From: Catajapyx aquilonaris
Lineage: Eukaryota
Direction: 5' to 3'
DNA: 54,132 nt
Assembly (NCBI GenBank): GCA_000934665.2
Contig: JYFJ02002611.1
Coordinates: 1 to 54,132 of the forward strand
Shown: positions 1-13,395 of the stretch, one piece after another
How the letters are laid out: every line of letters begins with the position of its first letter
How positions within the stretch are numbered: the stretch's first letter is position 1
Translations under genes and position numbers: made by a program
The notes under the pieces: generated by a model
Seen by the model: only the letters and a program-made list of their open reading frames with translations
The model's database searches: none
What the model was told of the DNA's origin: nothing

Positions 1-212
1 TCCAGTCGTTAAAGTACATTACTAAATCTCCCTTTACAACAGTTGGATATCATAAAAGTGAGTATTAATTATTTTGTAATTATTATAATTCAGTACCCTG
101 TTTTGCCATCTGATGATAGCGCAATATCCTTTTAATGTCCATTTTGACCTTCATTCACTCAGTTTTCCTTAACCATCACTATAGAAACGGGAATTCTTCA
201 CTTACATAACAT

Positions 213-360
213 ATCTATATAAGTAACTGTATGGAACTGTAGCTAGTTTTAGTTCAATATTTTGCGTGGTTCGAGCATCATCTAATGTTGGAAGGGTAAG
301 GCACTATCACTATCAGTATCAACCCACACTATATATTAAACTCTGCTTATTCTTTTTAAG
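213..360 (+). promoter_or_regulatory. Putative TATA box and non-coding first exon/5'UTR intron of P450 copy 1
   Basis: TATATAA at ~216-222, Inr-like TTAGTT ~30 nt downstream, donor GG|GTAAGG at ~296, acceptor TTTTTAAG ending 360 just before the ATG at 372. Copy 3 has a similar UTR intron (8354-8440). Confidence 0.5.
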
Positions 361-371
361 AAACATCAGCC

Positions 372-3300
372 ATGATCACTGCAATCTTAGTGGTGATGAC
401 CATAGTCATGGTCGTGGTCTTTGTTCAAATGAGGAAACATGGCAAGAGGTATCCTCCTGGACCTATGGGCATACCATTTCTAGGATCTATGCCTTTCTTA
501 GGATCCAACCCATACAAGACTATGGCTGAATGGAGCAAGACATATGGGGATATGTTCAGTATGAGCATGGGACCCATGAAGTAAGCTGCTTATTTTTTTT
601 ACAGTATATGCCATAAGTAATATTGCATATTTAATATATTAGTGCTCTAATTTAGCTATAATTTTCAGCTTGGTTATTATGAACACTGCAGAGCTAATAC
701 GTGATGCTAGCAAGAAGAATGAATTTTCTGGCAGACCTGAAATTGGTATGGCCACTCTATGGGCCACAGCTGGAACGGGCAAACTACATGGTTAGGATCT
801 ATTGATTCATTGATTTTTTAAGGCATAGCTATGTCATATAAAAGCGCAAGTTCGAGGGTTATACAACTCTCTTGACGTATGAGTGTCAGTCAAGGGCAAG
901 GTCAAAACTTCATGCTATGTATGCATCATTGCGGTAATTTATTTAGCCTGAGATTGCACAGTGCGATGTTGCATTTCTATATGTTATTAGCAGACTTTAA
1001 TGAAGGTCATGGTGATTTCAGTTAGATTGATTTTTTTTACATAAAAATGAAAGGGTGCAGCCAAAATCAGTATTTTTGAAATACAACCAATACCGAACAG
1101 TTTGGTTCGAATGCTAATCGGGAGTTCCTGGGTTCGAGTCCCGGGGCCGGAAATCCTAACCGTGGTTTTCTATGGTTTCCCACGGTCCCCCCAGGAGAAT
1201 TCCGGGATTGCTTCCTAAATAATAGGCGACAGCCGCTTCCTTCCATTCCTATCCATGTCCCATCCATGAGGAGGTGCGGTGTCGGTGGGGAGTTTCTGAC
1301 CCGCAACTATAGGGGACTGTCTTGTATCTTGCCCCCCTGGGGGACTTCACACGACCCCCAAATTTCGGACATCGCACTTGCACCCGTATCCCCCCCTCAC
1401 AAATACCTATCCTGACCCCTGCACCGGAGAGAAAAAATGCGAAGAAATTTCGTAAGAAAAAATGGTGGTAATGCACCCCCCTACAAGGGCTCTGATCCCT
1501 CTAATGGGGTAAAGCCATTTTAAAAAATCATTAAAAATACAACCAATAAAAATTCGTGTTTCAGGAATTGTGTTTAACGAAGGGAATGATTGGCAGGAGC
1601 AACGAAGATTTGCACTGCGACAGCTACGTGACCTTGGATTCGGCAAGAGAAGCATGGAAGACCTGATCCTTCATGAAGTCCAAGAATTCATGGAAATTCT
1701 TAAGTAATTATTAACACCATAATTTGTTTATAAATAAATAAACTTTATTTCACTGATTGGCAGGATAAAGTCAGAAAAGCCTTTTGAGGTACAACACCTG
1801 TTCGAAATGTCCGTTGTGAACGCCTTGTGGACACTAGTAGCTGGACACAGATTCGAAACTGGTGACAAACGATTGCAGCAACTATCAAAGGACATGCTCG
1901 TGTAAGATTTCAAAGTTATTGTCCACAAACATTACAGGGCCTTTTTGTTACTACAGTTTCTTTGCAGACTTACAGATGTCAGTAGCGTCGGATTTGTCAC
2001 GTTCTTCCCAAGATTGGCGAAATTGTTCCCAAATCTTCTGGGATGGAACAAACTGGCCAATGCTGTTGAAAACATCAGGGCTCTTGCACGAGATGAGATT
2101 GAGAAACACAAGAAGGACTTCAACCCTGATAGTCCAAGAGATCTGATTGATATTTATCTGAAGGAGATACAGAGCACTAAAGAAACTAGCTCCAGCTTCT
2201 TCAAATCAACTGGTGGTCAGTACATAAAACAATCCCTTTACATTATTTGTTTCTAATTTTGATTTTTTTTTAAATATTCAAGAGTTCTCCTTAATGGTTG
2301 TTTTAATGGATTTGTTTGCGGCCGGAATCGAGACAACGACAACTGCTCTGAACTGGGGCTGCTTGCTCTTGTCAGTCAATCCTCAAGTTCAGCACAAGCT
2401 TCAAGAGGAAGTGGACAATGTCATTGGACGAAACAAAATGCCCGCATTGGCTGACAGAGAGAAGTATGTAATATTCAAGGGGTTAGCAACTCCCTGGAAC
2501 CGGTGTACACACTGGCCAAGGAACCGGGTGGAACCGGCTTGGAACCGGGTGGAACCTCCCGGTTCCAGGATATGGTATACACTTTTTTGGGGAGTTGCTA
2601 ACACCTTGGCAATATTATGATCTAATAACATTTGCAAGTACTGTATATAAATAATTTTGTTTCAAGGATGCCATACGTGGAAGCAACGATGCACGAAATA
2701 CTGCGCTTTTCCAGTATGATTCCGTTACTTGTGTTTCACAAGGTCATGGTTGACACAGGTCAGACATACAGTATGGCGTGACGCACCGCCTATAAGTGCA
2801 ATAACACCGTAATATTTTCCGCAGAGTTTCACGGTTACGTGCTGCCCAAGGACACTCTGATCGCCTTCAACGCCTATCATGTCATGCGAAACCCGAAACA
2901 CTTTGACAAACCAGACGAGTTCTGTCCGGAACGTTTCCTCGCCAATGATGGATCTTTCAAGAACAATGAAAACTTCTTCGCATTCGGAACAGGTAAAACA
3001 ATACAGGGTGTTAATCCTAAGCGTGTCACCAGAAAAGGTGGTGGTAGAGGGCGCAGGTGTGAGCATTTTTGCATAAGGAACTAGGGGTCGGAAACGCACC
3101 CTCACCGAGTTACGCCCCTTTCAAGTTTGCGGCAGGCAGTAGCCTACGCAAGAGGCTTGCGCCACGCGGTGGAGTGACTCGGTGAGGGTACGTTTCCGAC
3201 CCCTAGTTCCTTATGCAAAAATGCTCACACCTGCGCCCTCTACCACCACCTTTTCTGGTGACACGCTTAGGATTAACACCCTGTATATTAAATAGAATAT

Positions 3301-3892
3301 TAATTCTGAGGAAACCGCAATCTCTCGTGGCTGCGGGCGAATTGCTTTGTTTTAGCTTTCACTGAGAGGAGGGAAGCGCATGAAGGTCAGCCGAAGTGAT
3401 AAGGATGACCTTCATGCCCTTTCCGCCCCTCAAGCCATGACGGCTGGCGCCACGTCTAGAAACCCTACCCAAGGGGCTAGCAACTCCCTGGAACTGGTGT
3501 CCACACTGGCCAAGGAACCAGGTGGAACCGGCTTGGAACCGGCTTGGAACCAGCCTGGAACCGGGTGGAACCTCCCGGTTCCAGGATCTGGTGTACAATT
3601 TTTGGGGGGAGTTGCTAACCCCTTGGCCCTACCATATTAGTAAAATAATAATTAATAATACAAATAAATAATAGCAATAACAATTATTATTTAAACCTTT
3701 TCAGGAAAGCGAGTATGTCTAGGTGAGAACCTAGCCAAAATAGAGTTGTTCCTGTTTCTGACTGCGATGGTCCAGCGATTTCACTTGAAAATGCCTGAAG
3801 ATAACCTGAAGCCTTCAGTAGAGTACAATAGTCCAGCAGTAGTCCTTCATCCCAAGAGCTACAAACTGGTCCTCTCTGAACGAAAATGCTAA
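372..3892 (+). CDS. Cytochrome P450, CYP2 clan (copy 1), 9 coding exons
   Basis: Exons approx. 372-580, 669-790, 1565-1703, 1764-1901, 1968-2215, 2283-2463, 2667-2758, 2825-2992, 3705-3892 splice in frame with GT-AG. N-terminal anchor plus PPGP hinge, WxxxR (WQEQR), I-helix AAGIETT, K-helix EILR, PERF, heme motif FGTGKRVCLG. Confidence 0.93.
1112..1516 (+). mobile_element. tRNA-derived SINE (family 1), 5'-truncated, in P450 copy 1 intron 2
   Basis: B-box GGTTCGAGTCC at ~1130. Body matches 35530-35783; 3' part matches 38330-38480 in reverse. Confidence 0.75.
2476..2608. mobile_element. MITE family M1 (CAAGG termini, 8-bp TSD, internal GGAACC minisatellite)
   Basis: TIR CAAGGGGTTAGCAACTCCC / GGGAGTTGCTAACACCTTG; flanks GTAATATT / GCAATATT; same element at 3470 and 6891. 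Confidence 0.85.
3004..3283. mobile_element. Foldback MITE, Tc1/mariner-like (TA|CAGGGTG...CACCCTG|TA)
   Basis: ~105-bp near-perfect terminal inverted repeats flanked by TA, in P450 copy 1 intron 8. Confidence 0.85.
3470..3625. mobile_element. MITE family M1
   Basis: Same TIRs as 2476-2608; flanks ACCCTACC / GCCCTACC. Confidence 0.85.
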
Positions 3893-4645
3893 GATGGTTC
3901 ATACTGTGTGTCTGATGGCAGGTCTATTATTTTCAAAAATAAAAACATGATCTAATGCAATATGTATGTTCTTTTATAGTAATGTAAAATTGTACAAATG
4001 ACAAACTGGAGGTGCCTGAATATTTGAAATTTCCTGCTTACGTAATCACTGCTAAGTAAATCACGGTATCGCTTATGTGAGCTCAATTTCGGAGCCTATA
4101 TACACTTAGCATAAATTGGGAGTCTTGAGCTGTAATTTTCAAAACCAGATTGTGACAAAAAAATGCTAATGACACGTTGCGTAAACAATCCTATAATTTG
4201 CATGGGTTCTGGCTTGAAAATCATACAATTAGTGGGAAATCTAAACATCCTGGTTGGCCACACTTGTTAAATTCAACAAATGTCATATAATTATGAAAAC
4301 AATTTAAAATGTCAATATTTTTTTTACAGTAATGTTACCTGTACAGAATTCAACAACAGAATATTACATTACGTAAGTTCCACTGGCATCCAATGTTGTG
4401 TAATAAATTACTAACTAGCTAGGACATAGCTTCCTTTTTTTCCTCTTTTGTGCATTTGCGTACTGGAAACCCATGAGTATACTTATCCATTGCGCAATTG
4501 TACATAGAACAAGTCCTGCTTTAACATTCAGTCTACTGTAGAATCGAAGAAGTGGTGGCCATGCTTTATATTAGCCACTGTCTGTTGAGGTGTTAAGACA
4601 AGTTTTAAGGTAAGTCAAAAAACTGTTCTAAGCTTGTTGTAAGTA

Positions 4646-4721
4646 CACTCTTAACCATTTACCTTCTCTAGAGAGGGTAAGAAAGTNTACCCTCTCTAGA
4701 GAAGGTAAATGGTTAAGAGTG
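4646..4721. repeat. Perfect hairpin, probable TA-flanked MITE ends joined across an N
   Basis: CACTCTTAACCATTTACCTTCTCTAGAGAGGGTA and its reverse complement, with an N at 4687; the same terminus occurs at ~44454. Confidence 0.65.
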
Positions 4722-5361
4722 TATAGGCCATAACCTACGAGGTACACAAACTAATATTAGAAGTCAGCTGAACTGTATTTTCAAAAAGTGAACTATAATA
4801 TTAAAAGCAATCCAAATTAGATAGACTGTTACATTATGTTACTATTGTAATGTTTCCGATGAACTACCGACTTTTTTTTGTTGTGAGAACGTCTCGAGGT
4901 AGTAAAGTAATAAAATGTTTTTTATGATTAGAAAATGTATATAGACATTGTAAAATCATTAGAGACAAAAAAAATAGTTCCGGACATAAATGTCCTATTG
5001 CAGGTCGACTCCTTAGTTAGTAGTAAGATTACGAGATAATCGTTGTTTTTATACTGAAAACAAATAGTTGAATTTCTTACGTGTTGGATGACCTTGAGTC
5101 GAATCAAAAAGATCGGTGTTACATAACACTTTTATTACGTGCAGGTACAAACAGTGGTTGTGTGAACAAAACGTGCAGGTCATCTCATTAAAATTCAATG
5201 TACATCAAATGATTATGTAATCATAAAATCAGTCACCAAAAAAAACCAAAATTGTTTGGCGCTGGTAATGTTGGTCATATATTTTTTGCATGTACTGTAC
5301 AATACTTTGGATCTCTCATAGGTAGATAAGTAGACTGATTGTCACATACTTTTCAGCAATC

Positions 5362-7557
5362 ATGTTAACTGACATATTAGTAGTCGCTGCGGTGATCCTG
5401 ATAGTTACCCTTATTCTAAGAGGAAAAAAGAGTGAAAAATGTCTGCCTGGTCCAAGAGGAGTTCCTCTTCTGGGGTCACTACCATTTTTGGGATCCAACC
5501 CATACAAGACCATGGGTGAATGGAGCAAGATCTACGGAGACATTTTCAGCATGTACCTAGGTCCATTGCAGTAAGTGAACTCTACATTCTCTATTTGCAT
5601 ATCAACTTATGATTATGTCTCATCAGACTGATTGTCATCAATTCGGCGGATATGATTCGAGAGGCGAGTAAAAGACCTGAGCTGTCTGGTCGTCCTAACA
5701 TAGGTGTTGCTGGCCTTTGGGCCGGAGCTGAAACAACTGACCACATGCATGGTATGTACCTGTTGATACATGTTATACAACATCTCACCCAATGTTTTCA
5801 GGAATTGGCTTCAACGAAGGTGAGGAATGGCAAGAGCAACGTCGGTTTGTTCTCAGGCAATTACGTGACCTCGGATTTGGGAAAAAGAGCATGGAGGACC
5901 TAATTGTTCCTGAAATCCAAGAATTCATCAGCATCCTCAAGTAAGAATTGGTCATAAGTACCATCAAAAATGATGTTTACATAATTATATGCTTTGTAGG
6001 AACAAGTGCGGAAAGCCATTCGAGATTGAGCATGTGTTTGAAACATCAATTCTCAACGCCCTCTGGATCATTGTTGCTGGAAGTCGGTTTGAGCCAGGTG
6101 ACAAACGACTTCAGCAGCTTTCTAAAGACATGGCCACGTAAGATGAACAATAGTCAAACAAGGTGTGTGTGACAAATATTTTATGTATTGTCACCAGATT
6201 CACAAATATGGGCAGCGTTGGGTTAGCCTCCTTCTTTCCAACTGTGTCCAAAATGTTTCCTGAAACCCTGGGATGGAACAATCTAGTCAGAGCCATCGAC
6301 AATATAAGGAATCTGGCCAAAACAGAGGTCAAGACACATAAGACGACATTTAATCCCGATGACCCCCCTCGTGACCTGATTGACGTCTACTTAAAGGAGA
6401 TTCATAACACGACAAACAGTCGCTCCTCATTCTTCGAGGACAGAGGCAGTGAGTTTGACTTTACTATTACAGTAGGTCCATTTTACATGAAACCATGTCC
6501 AATGGACAATTGTTTCCTTTCAGTACGATCCTTGTGGGTAATATTAATGGATTTATTCGGAGGTGGAACAGAAACCACTACCACAGCATTGACTTGGGCC
6601 TGTCTCATTTTGGCAATAAATCCACGTATTCAACGAAAAATGCAAAAGGAGACCGATTCTGTGATTGGCCGGAATAGGCTTCCTGCATTGTCTGACCGAT
6701 CTAAGTTAATACACAATCTCTGTACTTTTCGCTCACCCTGTAGAAATTCACTGACTACTTTCTTTCATTGAAGGATGCCTTACATGGAAGCAGTTATGCA
6801 TGAAGTTTTGCGGTTTAGCAGTCTTCTCCCTTTGTTGGTGTTCCACAAAGTATTGGAAGAGACAGGTACAATAATTTTATTACCATTTTACAAGGGTTTA
6901 GCAACTCCCTAGAACCGGTGTACACGCTGGCCAAGGAACCGGGTGGAACCGGCTTGGAACCGGATGGAACAGCCATGGAACCGGGTGGAACAGGCATGGA
7001 ACCGGGTGGAACAGGCATGGAACCGGGTGGAACCTCCCGGTTCCAGGATCTGGTGTACACTTTTTGGGGGAGTTGCTAACCCCTTGCCATTTTATAACTT
7101 ATCATAAATACAACTTTTTTTTCCTCAGAATTTCAAGGGTACATCCTTCCAAAAGGCGCTCTGATTGCTTTGAACGGCTATTATGTCATGCATGATCAGA
7201 AAAATTTTGACAACCCAGAAGAATTTCGTCCAGAGCGATTTATAGACTCGACTGGTTCTTTCAAAGCCAATGAAAACATTCTGACTTTTGGATCAGGTGA
7301 GCGAGTAGTGTCAAAAAAATGTTTCGGACAAATGTGCCTTTGAATTTAACAATTCTTGTAATTTTTTTCCAGGAAAACGGGGTTGCCCTGGTGAGACTCT
7401 GGCCAAAAATCAAATGTTCCTCTTTCTGAGTGCTTTACTTCAGACCTTTGACATGAAAATGCCGAATGACAACCCGAATCCTTCTCTGGAATTCAAATCT
7501 CCGGCATTGGTAGTTCATCCCAAGCCGTATGAGATAATCGTTACAGAAAGATTGTGA
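5362..7557 (+). CDS. Cytochrome P450, CYP2 clan (copy 2)
   Basis: Nine exons with the same intron phases as copy 1 splice in frame; LPGP hinge, GGGTETT, EVLR, PERF, FGSGKRGCPG; stop TGA 7555-7557. Confidence 0.92.
6891..7086. mobile_element. MITE family M1 (longest internal minisatellite)
   Basis: Same TIRs; perfect 8-bp TSD CCATTTTA on both sides. Confidence 0.88.
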
Positions 7558-8195
7558 TCCTTCGACACGTTGCTCAAAAATGTATATTCATCGACTAACA
7601 ACAGGGTTCTTTCATGTCTAATGAATTGACAGTCATGTGTAAGTTACCAACGAGGATTAGTTCACACAATATGGCTGGAGCCTTCATTATATTGGTGCAC
7701 CTTAGTTCTGATGACGGTTGATATTATAACAAGATAATTATATCCACATGGTCCAAATAAAAAGTAATAGAGACAGAATACAGACGAAATGAATGCAACC
7801 ATTTTCGCCACACCTTGTCCTTTTTTCAAGCTTCCAGTTTAATTTAAAAACCCATCAAAGTATTCAATTAAGTGGAAATTAGAGGTAAGTCCAACTAGTA
7901 AATACCAGCCACTACATATTATGGCTACCATGATCAGCAAAAATATCTGGAACAATGGCCGCAGGTTTGGTTCAGTAGATTGGATGACCGAGGCAAATAA
8001 AGAAGCAATTATTTCCTTGATGCTCCTATAGATGGCACTTATATTAGTTATTCAATAATAATTGCGTACATTGCGTTCTGACGTAGCCTTCGCACTACGA
8101 CGTTCACTTGCGTGTGTTTAATGAGTTCATAATACGTAACTGTTAGGTAAATGGATACCTGAAGGTCAGATAGCAGAAGACTAGACTATACTGGG

Positions 8196-8298
8196 CAAGG
8201 GGTTAGCCACTTCGGTACTCCGGTGGTACTGCAGTGGTATTCCCAGGTACTCCTTGGTACTCCAGTGTACACTTTACAGTCGAGTGGTTAACACCTTG
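8196..8298. mobile_element. MITE related to M1 (CAAGGGGTTAGC...GTTAACACCTTG) with an internal GGTACTCC repeat
   Basis: Same outer TIR bases; degenerate 8-bp TSD ATACTGGG / CTACCGGG; interrupts a 5' block shared with copy 4. Confidence 0.65.
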
Positions 8299-8445
8299 CT
8301 ACCGGGCCTAGAGTATTGTGGTGATAATTTTGGACATCAACAATATTGAAGAGGTAAGAGCTCTTCAATGGTTAGAATGTTAGAACAATCAGAGTACCTT
8401 TGGTACGAGTAAATTTTTCGTCCCGATTTGGACTTTTCAGCAATA

Positions 8446-10502
8446 ATGTTAACAGAAATAGTAGTGGGCTCTACGGTGATCCTCATCATTACCTATATTC
8501 TGAGAGGAAAAGGAAACAAAAAATGTCTGCCAGGTCCGAGGGGCGTTCCTCTTTTGGGGTCACTGCCATTTTTGGGCTCCAACCCGTACAAGACCATGGG
8601 TGAATGGAGCAAAATCTATGGAAACATCTTCAGCATGTACCTGGGTCCATTGCAGTAAGTTAACTCTACATTTTCCACATTTGCATATCAACTTATGATT
8701 CTGTCTCAACAGACTTATAGTCATCAATTCTGCGGATATGATTCGAGAGGCGGGTAAAAGACCCGAAATGTCTGGTCGTCCTAACATAGGCATCACTGCC
8801 CTCTGGGCTGGAGCTGAAACAACTGACCAGATGCATGGTATGTACCTGATGTTGATATACATGTTATATAACATCTCACGCAATTTTCAGGTATTGGCTT
8901 CAACGAAGGTGAGGAGTGGCAAGAACAACGTCGGTTTGCCCTGAGACAACTTCGTGACCTCGGGTTTGGGAAGCGGAGTATGGAGGACCTAATCGTTCCT
9001 GAAATCCAGGAATTCATCAGCATCCTCAAGTAAGAATTGGTCACAGGTACCATCAAGAATGGAGTTCACATATATGGTTTGTTGGTAGAGAGAAGTGCGG
9101 AAAGCCCATCGAGATTGAGCATATGTTTGAAGCAGCCGTTATCAACTCGCTGTGGACCATTGTCGCTGGAAGACGGTTTGAGTCAGGTGACAAACGTCTT
9201 CAGCAACTTTCTCGTGACACTGCGACGTAAGGTGGAGTATAACTATAAGTTATAGCAAGCATATAACAAATTTGTCAACAGATTCACAGATATGGCCAGC
9301 GTGGGGTTAGGCACTTTCTTTCCTACTGTGTCCAAAATGTTTCCTGACCTGCTAGGATGGAACAACCTAGTCCAAGCCGTCGACAATATCAGAAATTTAG
9401 CCAAAACTGAGGTCAAGTCACATAAGAAGACATTTAACCCCGATGACCCGCCTCGTGACCTGATAGACGTCTACTTGAAAGAGATTCACAACACGACCGA
9501 CAATCATTCCTCTTTCTTCGAGGACAAAGGCAGTAAGTTTAGGGCCGGCGCAAACGAGGAAATTTGGGAACAACTTATTGCCTGCCCATCCACCCACCTG
9601 GCAAGGAGCGTGCTGGGTTTGGCGTGGAGAATAATTCGATTCATTTCAGTGCGATCCTTGTGCACCATCTTGATGGACTTCTTCGGAGCTGGGATAGAAA
9701 CCACGACAACAGCAATGGCCTGGGCCTGTCTGCTATTGGCAGTTAATCCACAAATTCAGCGAAAAATGCATATAGAGATTGATGCCGTGATTGGCCGGAA
9801 TAGGGTTCCTGCATTGTCTGATCGATCTAAGTTAATACACAATCTCTGTACTTTTTGCTCACCCTGTAGAAATTCACTTACAACATTTTTCTTTCATTGA
9901 AAGGATGCCTTACATGGAAGCAGTTATGCTCGAAGTTTTGCGGTTTTCTAGTATTATCCCTTTGATGTTGTTCCACAAAGTATTGGAAGAGACAGGTATA
10001 CCATACTTTTATTATCATTTTAGAAATTAATATTCGTAAATAAAACCTCTCTTTTCGGCAGAATTCCAAGGTTACACACTTCCAAAAGGCGCTCTGATTG
10101 CTCTGAACGGCTATTATGTCATGCGCGATCCGAAGAATTTTGACAACCCGGAAGAATTTCGTCCGGAGCGTTTCCTCGACTCAAATGGTTCTTGCAAGAG
10201 CAATGAGAACGTTCTGACGTTTGGATCAGGTGAGCAAGTATTTTCAAAATAATTATGTTTCGAACAATTACCTCATTTCATTGATAATTTGCATTTAATA
10301 TGTCATGTACTTTTCAGGAAAACGAGGTTGCCCTGGTGAGACTCTGGCCAAGAATCAAATTTTCCTCTTTTTGAGTAGTATCTTTCAGAACTTTGACATA
10401 AGAATGCCGGACGACAACCCTAATCCTTCTCTGAAATTTAAATCTCCCGCCATGGCAATTCATCCCACTCCCTATACGGTAATCGTTACCGAAAGAAAAT
10501 GA
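8446..10502 (+). CDS. Cytochrome P450, CYP2 clan (copy 3), close paralog of copy 2
   Basis: Same 9-exon structure; GAGIETT, EVLR, PERF, FGSGKRGCPG; some introns are nearly identical to copy 2. Confidence 0.92.
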
Positions 10503-10625
10503 CAGGGACTTTGACACTGTTTTAAAATGTATATCAAATCAAGTGCATATGTACAGTATAAGGTACCGGAACAGAATAAATGTGTATCACAATATTTGTA
10601 GTCGTTAAGAGTTTCACTCGTGCCA

Positions 10626-10864
10626 TCTATACATAAATAAAGCCGTTTGTGAGTCTGTCTGTCTGTCTGTCCGCCTGCCAACAGTCATTTGCCTGCCATC
10701 TGTGCTCCACCCCCAGGCCGGGAGAGGATGGAGGTGTTGGAGTAGCAGGACCACAGATGGCATTGGTGGCCGGACACACAGAAAGACAGACAGTTGACGG
10801 CGGTACTGGCAGGTGTTTTCCCTTCATTCATTTCTTCCCGGGCAACGCCGGGTGCCGCAGCTGG
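10626..10864 (+). mobile_element. Non-autonomous Helitron-like element
   Basis: Inserted between A and T; 5' TCTATAC, (GTCT)n tract, subterminal hairpin CCCGG-GCAACG-CCGGG, 3' CTGG (CTRR). Confidence 0.7.
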
Positions 10865-10867
10865 TCA

Positions 10868-11009
10868 GCATATAAGCAAATCGTAGGTGGTATCCGCAGC
10901 CGGCCCATAGGTTTGTGTATCCGCTGAAGATGGGGCTGTATCCGCAAGGAAGGAAGGTTAGGTTATAGGACCGGTTGCGGGGACCACATACGATTTTTGC
11001 TTATATGCA
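10868..11009. mobile_element. Small inverted-repeat element (probable MITE)
   Basis: ~40-bp imperfect arms GCATATAAGCAAATCGTAGGTGGT... / ...ACCACATACGATTTTTGCTTATATGC. Confidence 0.55.
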
Positions 11010-11293
11010 TACCGTCAATCTATTGCGTTCTGACTAGATGCAAAAGTGACCTTCAGCAACTAGGTCATTCACCACATATCGCATCATTAGTCACTGCATA
11101 AAACAGACCGGTTCGGGAAATGTATATGTGAAGGTCAGTTGGCAGAAGACTACTTGACCTCCAGAAGAAAGGGATAGCTGTGGTGATACTCCGCACACTT
11201 GTAGACAACATCGCAACAATATATTGGGAATGTGAGATCTCTTATTTGGTTGAATACATTTATTTCACTAAATTAACATTTCCACAGATCAAC

Positions 11294-13395
11294 ATGATTA
11301 TTGTCACTGCTCTGCTTGTGGTGCTGGCCACTGCCATTGGAATAGCCCTTGTCCGGAGGAAAAGGAAGCAGAAGAGCAACTATCCTCCAGGTCCATCGTG
11401 GTTGCGGATGTTGAGGTCCTTACCATCTTTGACCTCTGACCCATTCAACACTCTGGCTCGATGGGGGAAGACTTATGGGGACGTCTTCATGATGGATTTC
11501 GGGCCTCTCCAGCAAGTGAACAATCATTGGTTTGCACTTTGGTATCGTCTGGCAATGTTTCCATTCCTCCAGTTTGGTGGTCATCAACTCTGCTGACCTC
11601 ATCAGGGAAGCAGGCAAGAAATTGGAGCTGTGTGGCCGTCCTAAGATAGGATTAAGTGACGTATGGGCGGGGAATGGCACCGGACGATTGTATGGTGAGC
11701 CTTATATACATTTTAGGGCCTCCATAACGCTGTCTGCATAATTACATTAACTTACTTCCTATGATTATCTTCTTGTTACACCATAAATCATTACCTAATG
11801 TGCCCAATAACTGAACAATTTTGTAGGAATTGCTCAGACTGATGGGGATGGTTGGCTTGAACAAAGGAAATTTGTGTTCCGAACACTCCGAGACCTGGGA
11901 TTCGGTCAAAAGGGTATGGAGGACCTTATTCTCTACGAGGTCCAAGAGCTAATGGAAATTATAAAGTAAGTGGAAGTCAAAATGATATAAAGATTGATCA
12001 TAGATTACCTATTTGGCAGGGTCAACTCAGGAAAGCGCCTTGCAGTCGAACATTTGTTCGAAATGCCCATTGTTAATGCAATGTGGACACTCATCGCCGG
12101 ACATAGATTTTCATATAATGACCGTCATTTAGTACAACAATTATCTAACGACATCATGACGTGAGCAAAACTGCGGTTTTGATTTCATTTTGACATAAAA
12201 CCACCCCCATCAAAATCAGATTAAATTGATTTTTTTTACAGGATCACAAATTTGTCAAGCGTAGGACCAGCTATTGTCTTTCCAAGATTGGCAAGAATGT
12301 TTCCTAATCTACTTGGGTGGAACAAACTGATCAATGACATCGACCACATTCGAGAGTTTGCTCGTAGTGAAATCCAAAAACACAAGGAGGATTTCGAGCT
12401 GGACAATCCTCGGGACTTCATAGATATGTATCTCCAAGAAATACATAACACAACTGATCCAGATTCCACCTTTTATAAGGAAGATGGAGGTGGGTAAATT
12501 TTTTTGGCCATAATACGTATTTCCAAACAATGGTACAATATTGTTAAAATTTTCAGAACTATCTTTGACTGTGACTCTGGGGGACCTATTCGCTGCTGGA
12601 AATGAGACCTGCACAACAGTGTTGACGTGGGGGTGCCTCCTTCTGGCCACCCATCCCCATGTTCAACATAAACTTCAAGAGGAACTGGACAGAGTGGTTG
12701 GCATAGAGAGACTTCCATCTTTGGCTGACAGAGAAAAGTAAACACTGTCAATATCACTGTAAATGGGCAAACTTACATATTTTTTCAATCGTAGGATGCC
12801 ATATTTTGAAGCAACAATGCACGAGATACTGCGATTTGCCAGCATAATACCTCTAATCCCTTTCCATCGAGTAACAGCTGACACAGGTATGTGTAATGTG
12901 TCCATGCTGTTATTATGGTTCAATTTCCTTACAATATAATTATTATGGCATAATTCCATATGTTCACCGATCAGAATTCCACGGACACATACTTCCCAAG
13001 GATGCCTGGCTAACCTTCAATGCCTATCATGTTATGCGTGATCCTGATCACCAATTTGAAAAACCGGACGAATTTCTTCCGAATCGTTTCCTCGACAAAG
13101 ATGGATGTTTTCAAATCAACGAAAACTTTATGGCGTTTGGAACAGGTGACATGCGGTATTTAGTTACGTGATCTTATAATGAGTGAAACCTTTTTCAGGG
13201 AAGAGAATATGCCCTGGTGAGGTCTTGGCGAAAGTAGAGATCTTCCTGATCCTGACAGGAATCATGCAGAAGTTTGATATGAAAATGCCTGAAGACAACC
13301 CGAAACCTTCACTGAAATACGAGCGTCCAGTATTACTGATCCATCCTAAGCCATATCAGCTAATATTTTCTGAAAGGAAGTTTCATAAGGCTTAA
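11294..13395 (+). CDS. Cytochrome P450, CYP2 clan (copy 4)
   Basis: Nine exons; YPPGP hinge, AAGNET, EILR, PNRF, FGTGKRICPG. Intron 1 needs a GC donor (CA|GCAAGT at 11512). Confidence 0.9.

Noticed and set aside
4646..4721. Perfect hairpin as a possible miRNA or terminator
   Set aside because: An N in the loop suggests an assembly join, and the same terminus at ~44454 continues into a longer element, so these are MITE ends.
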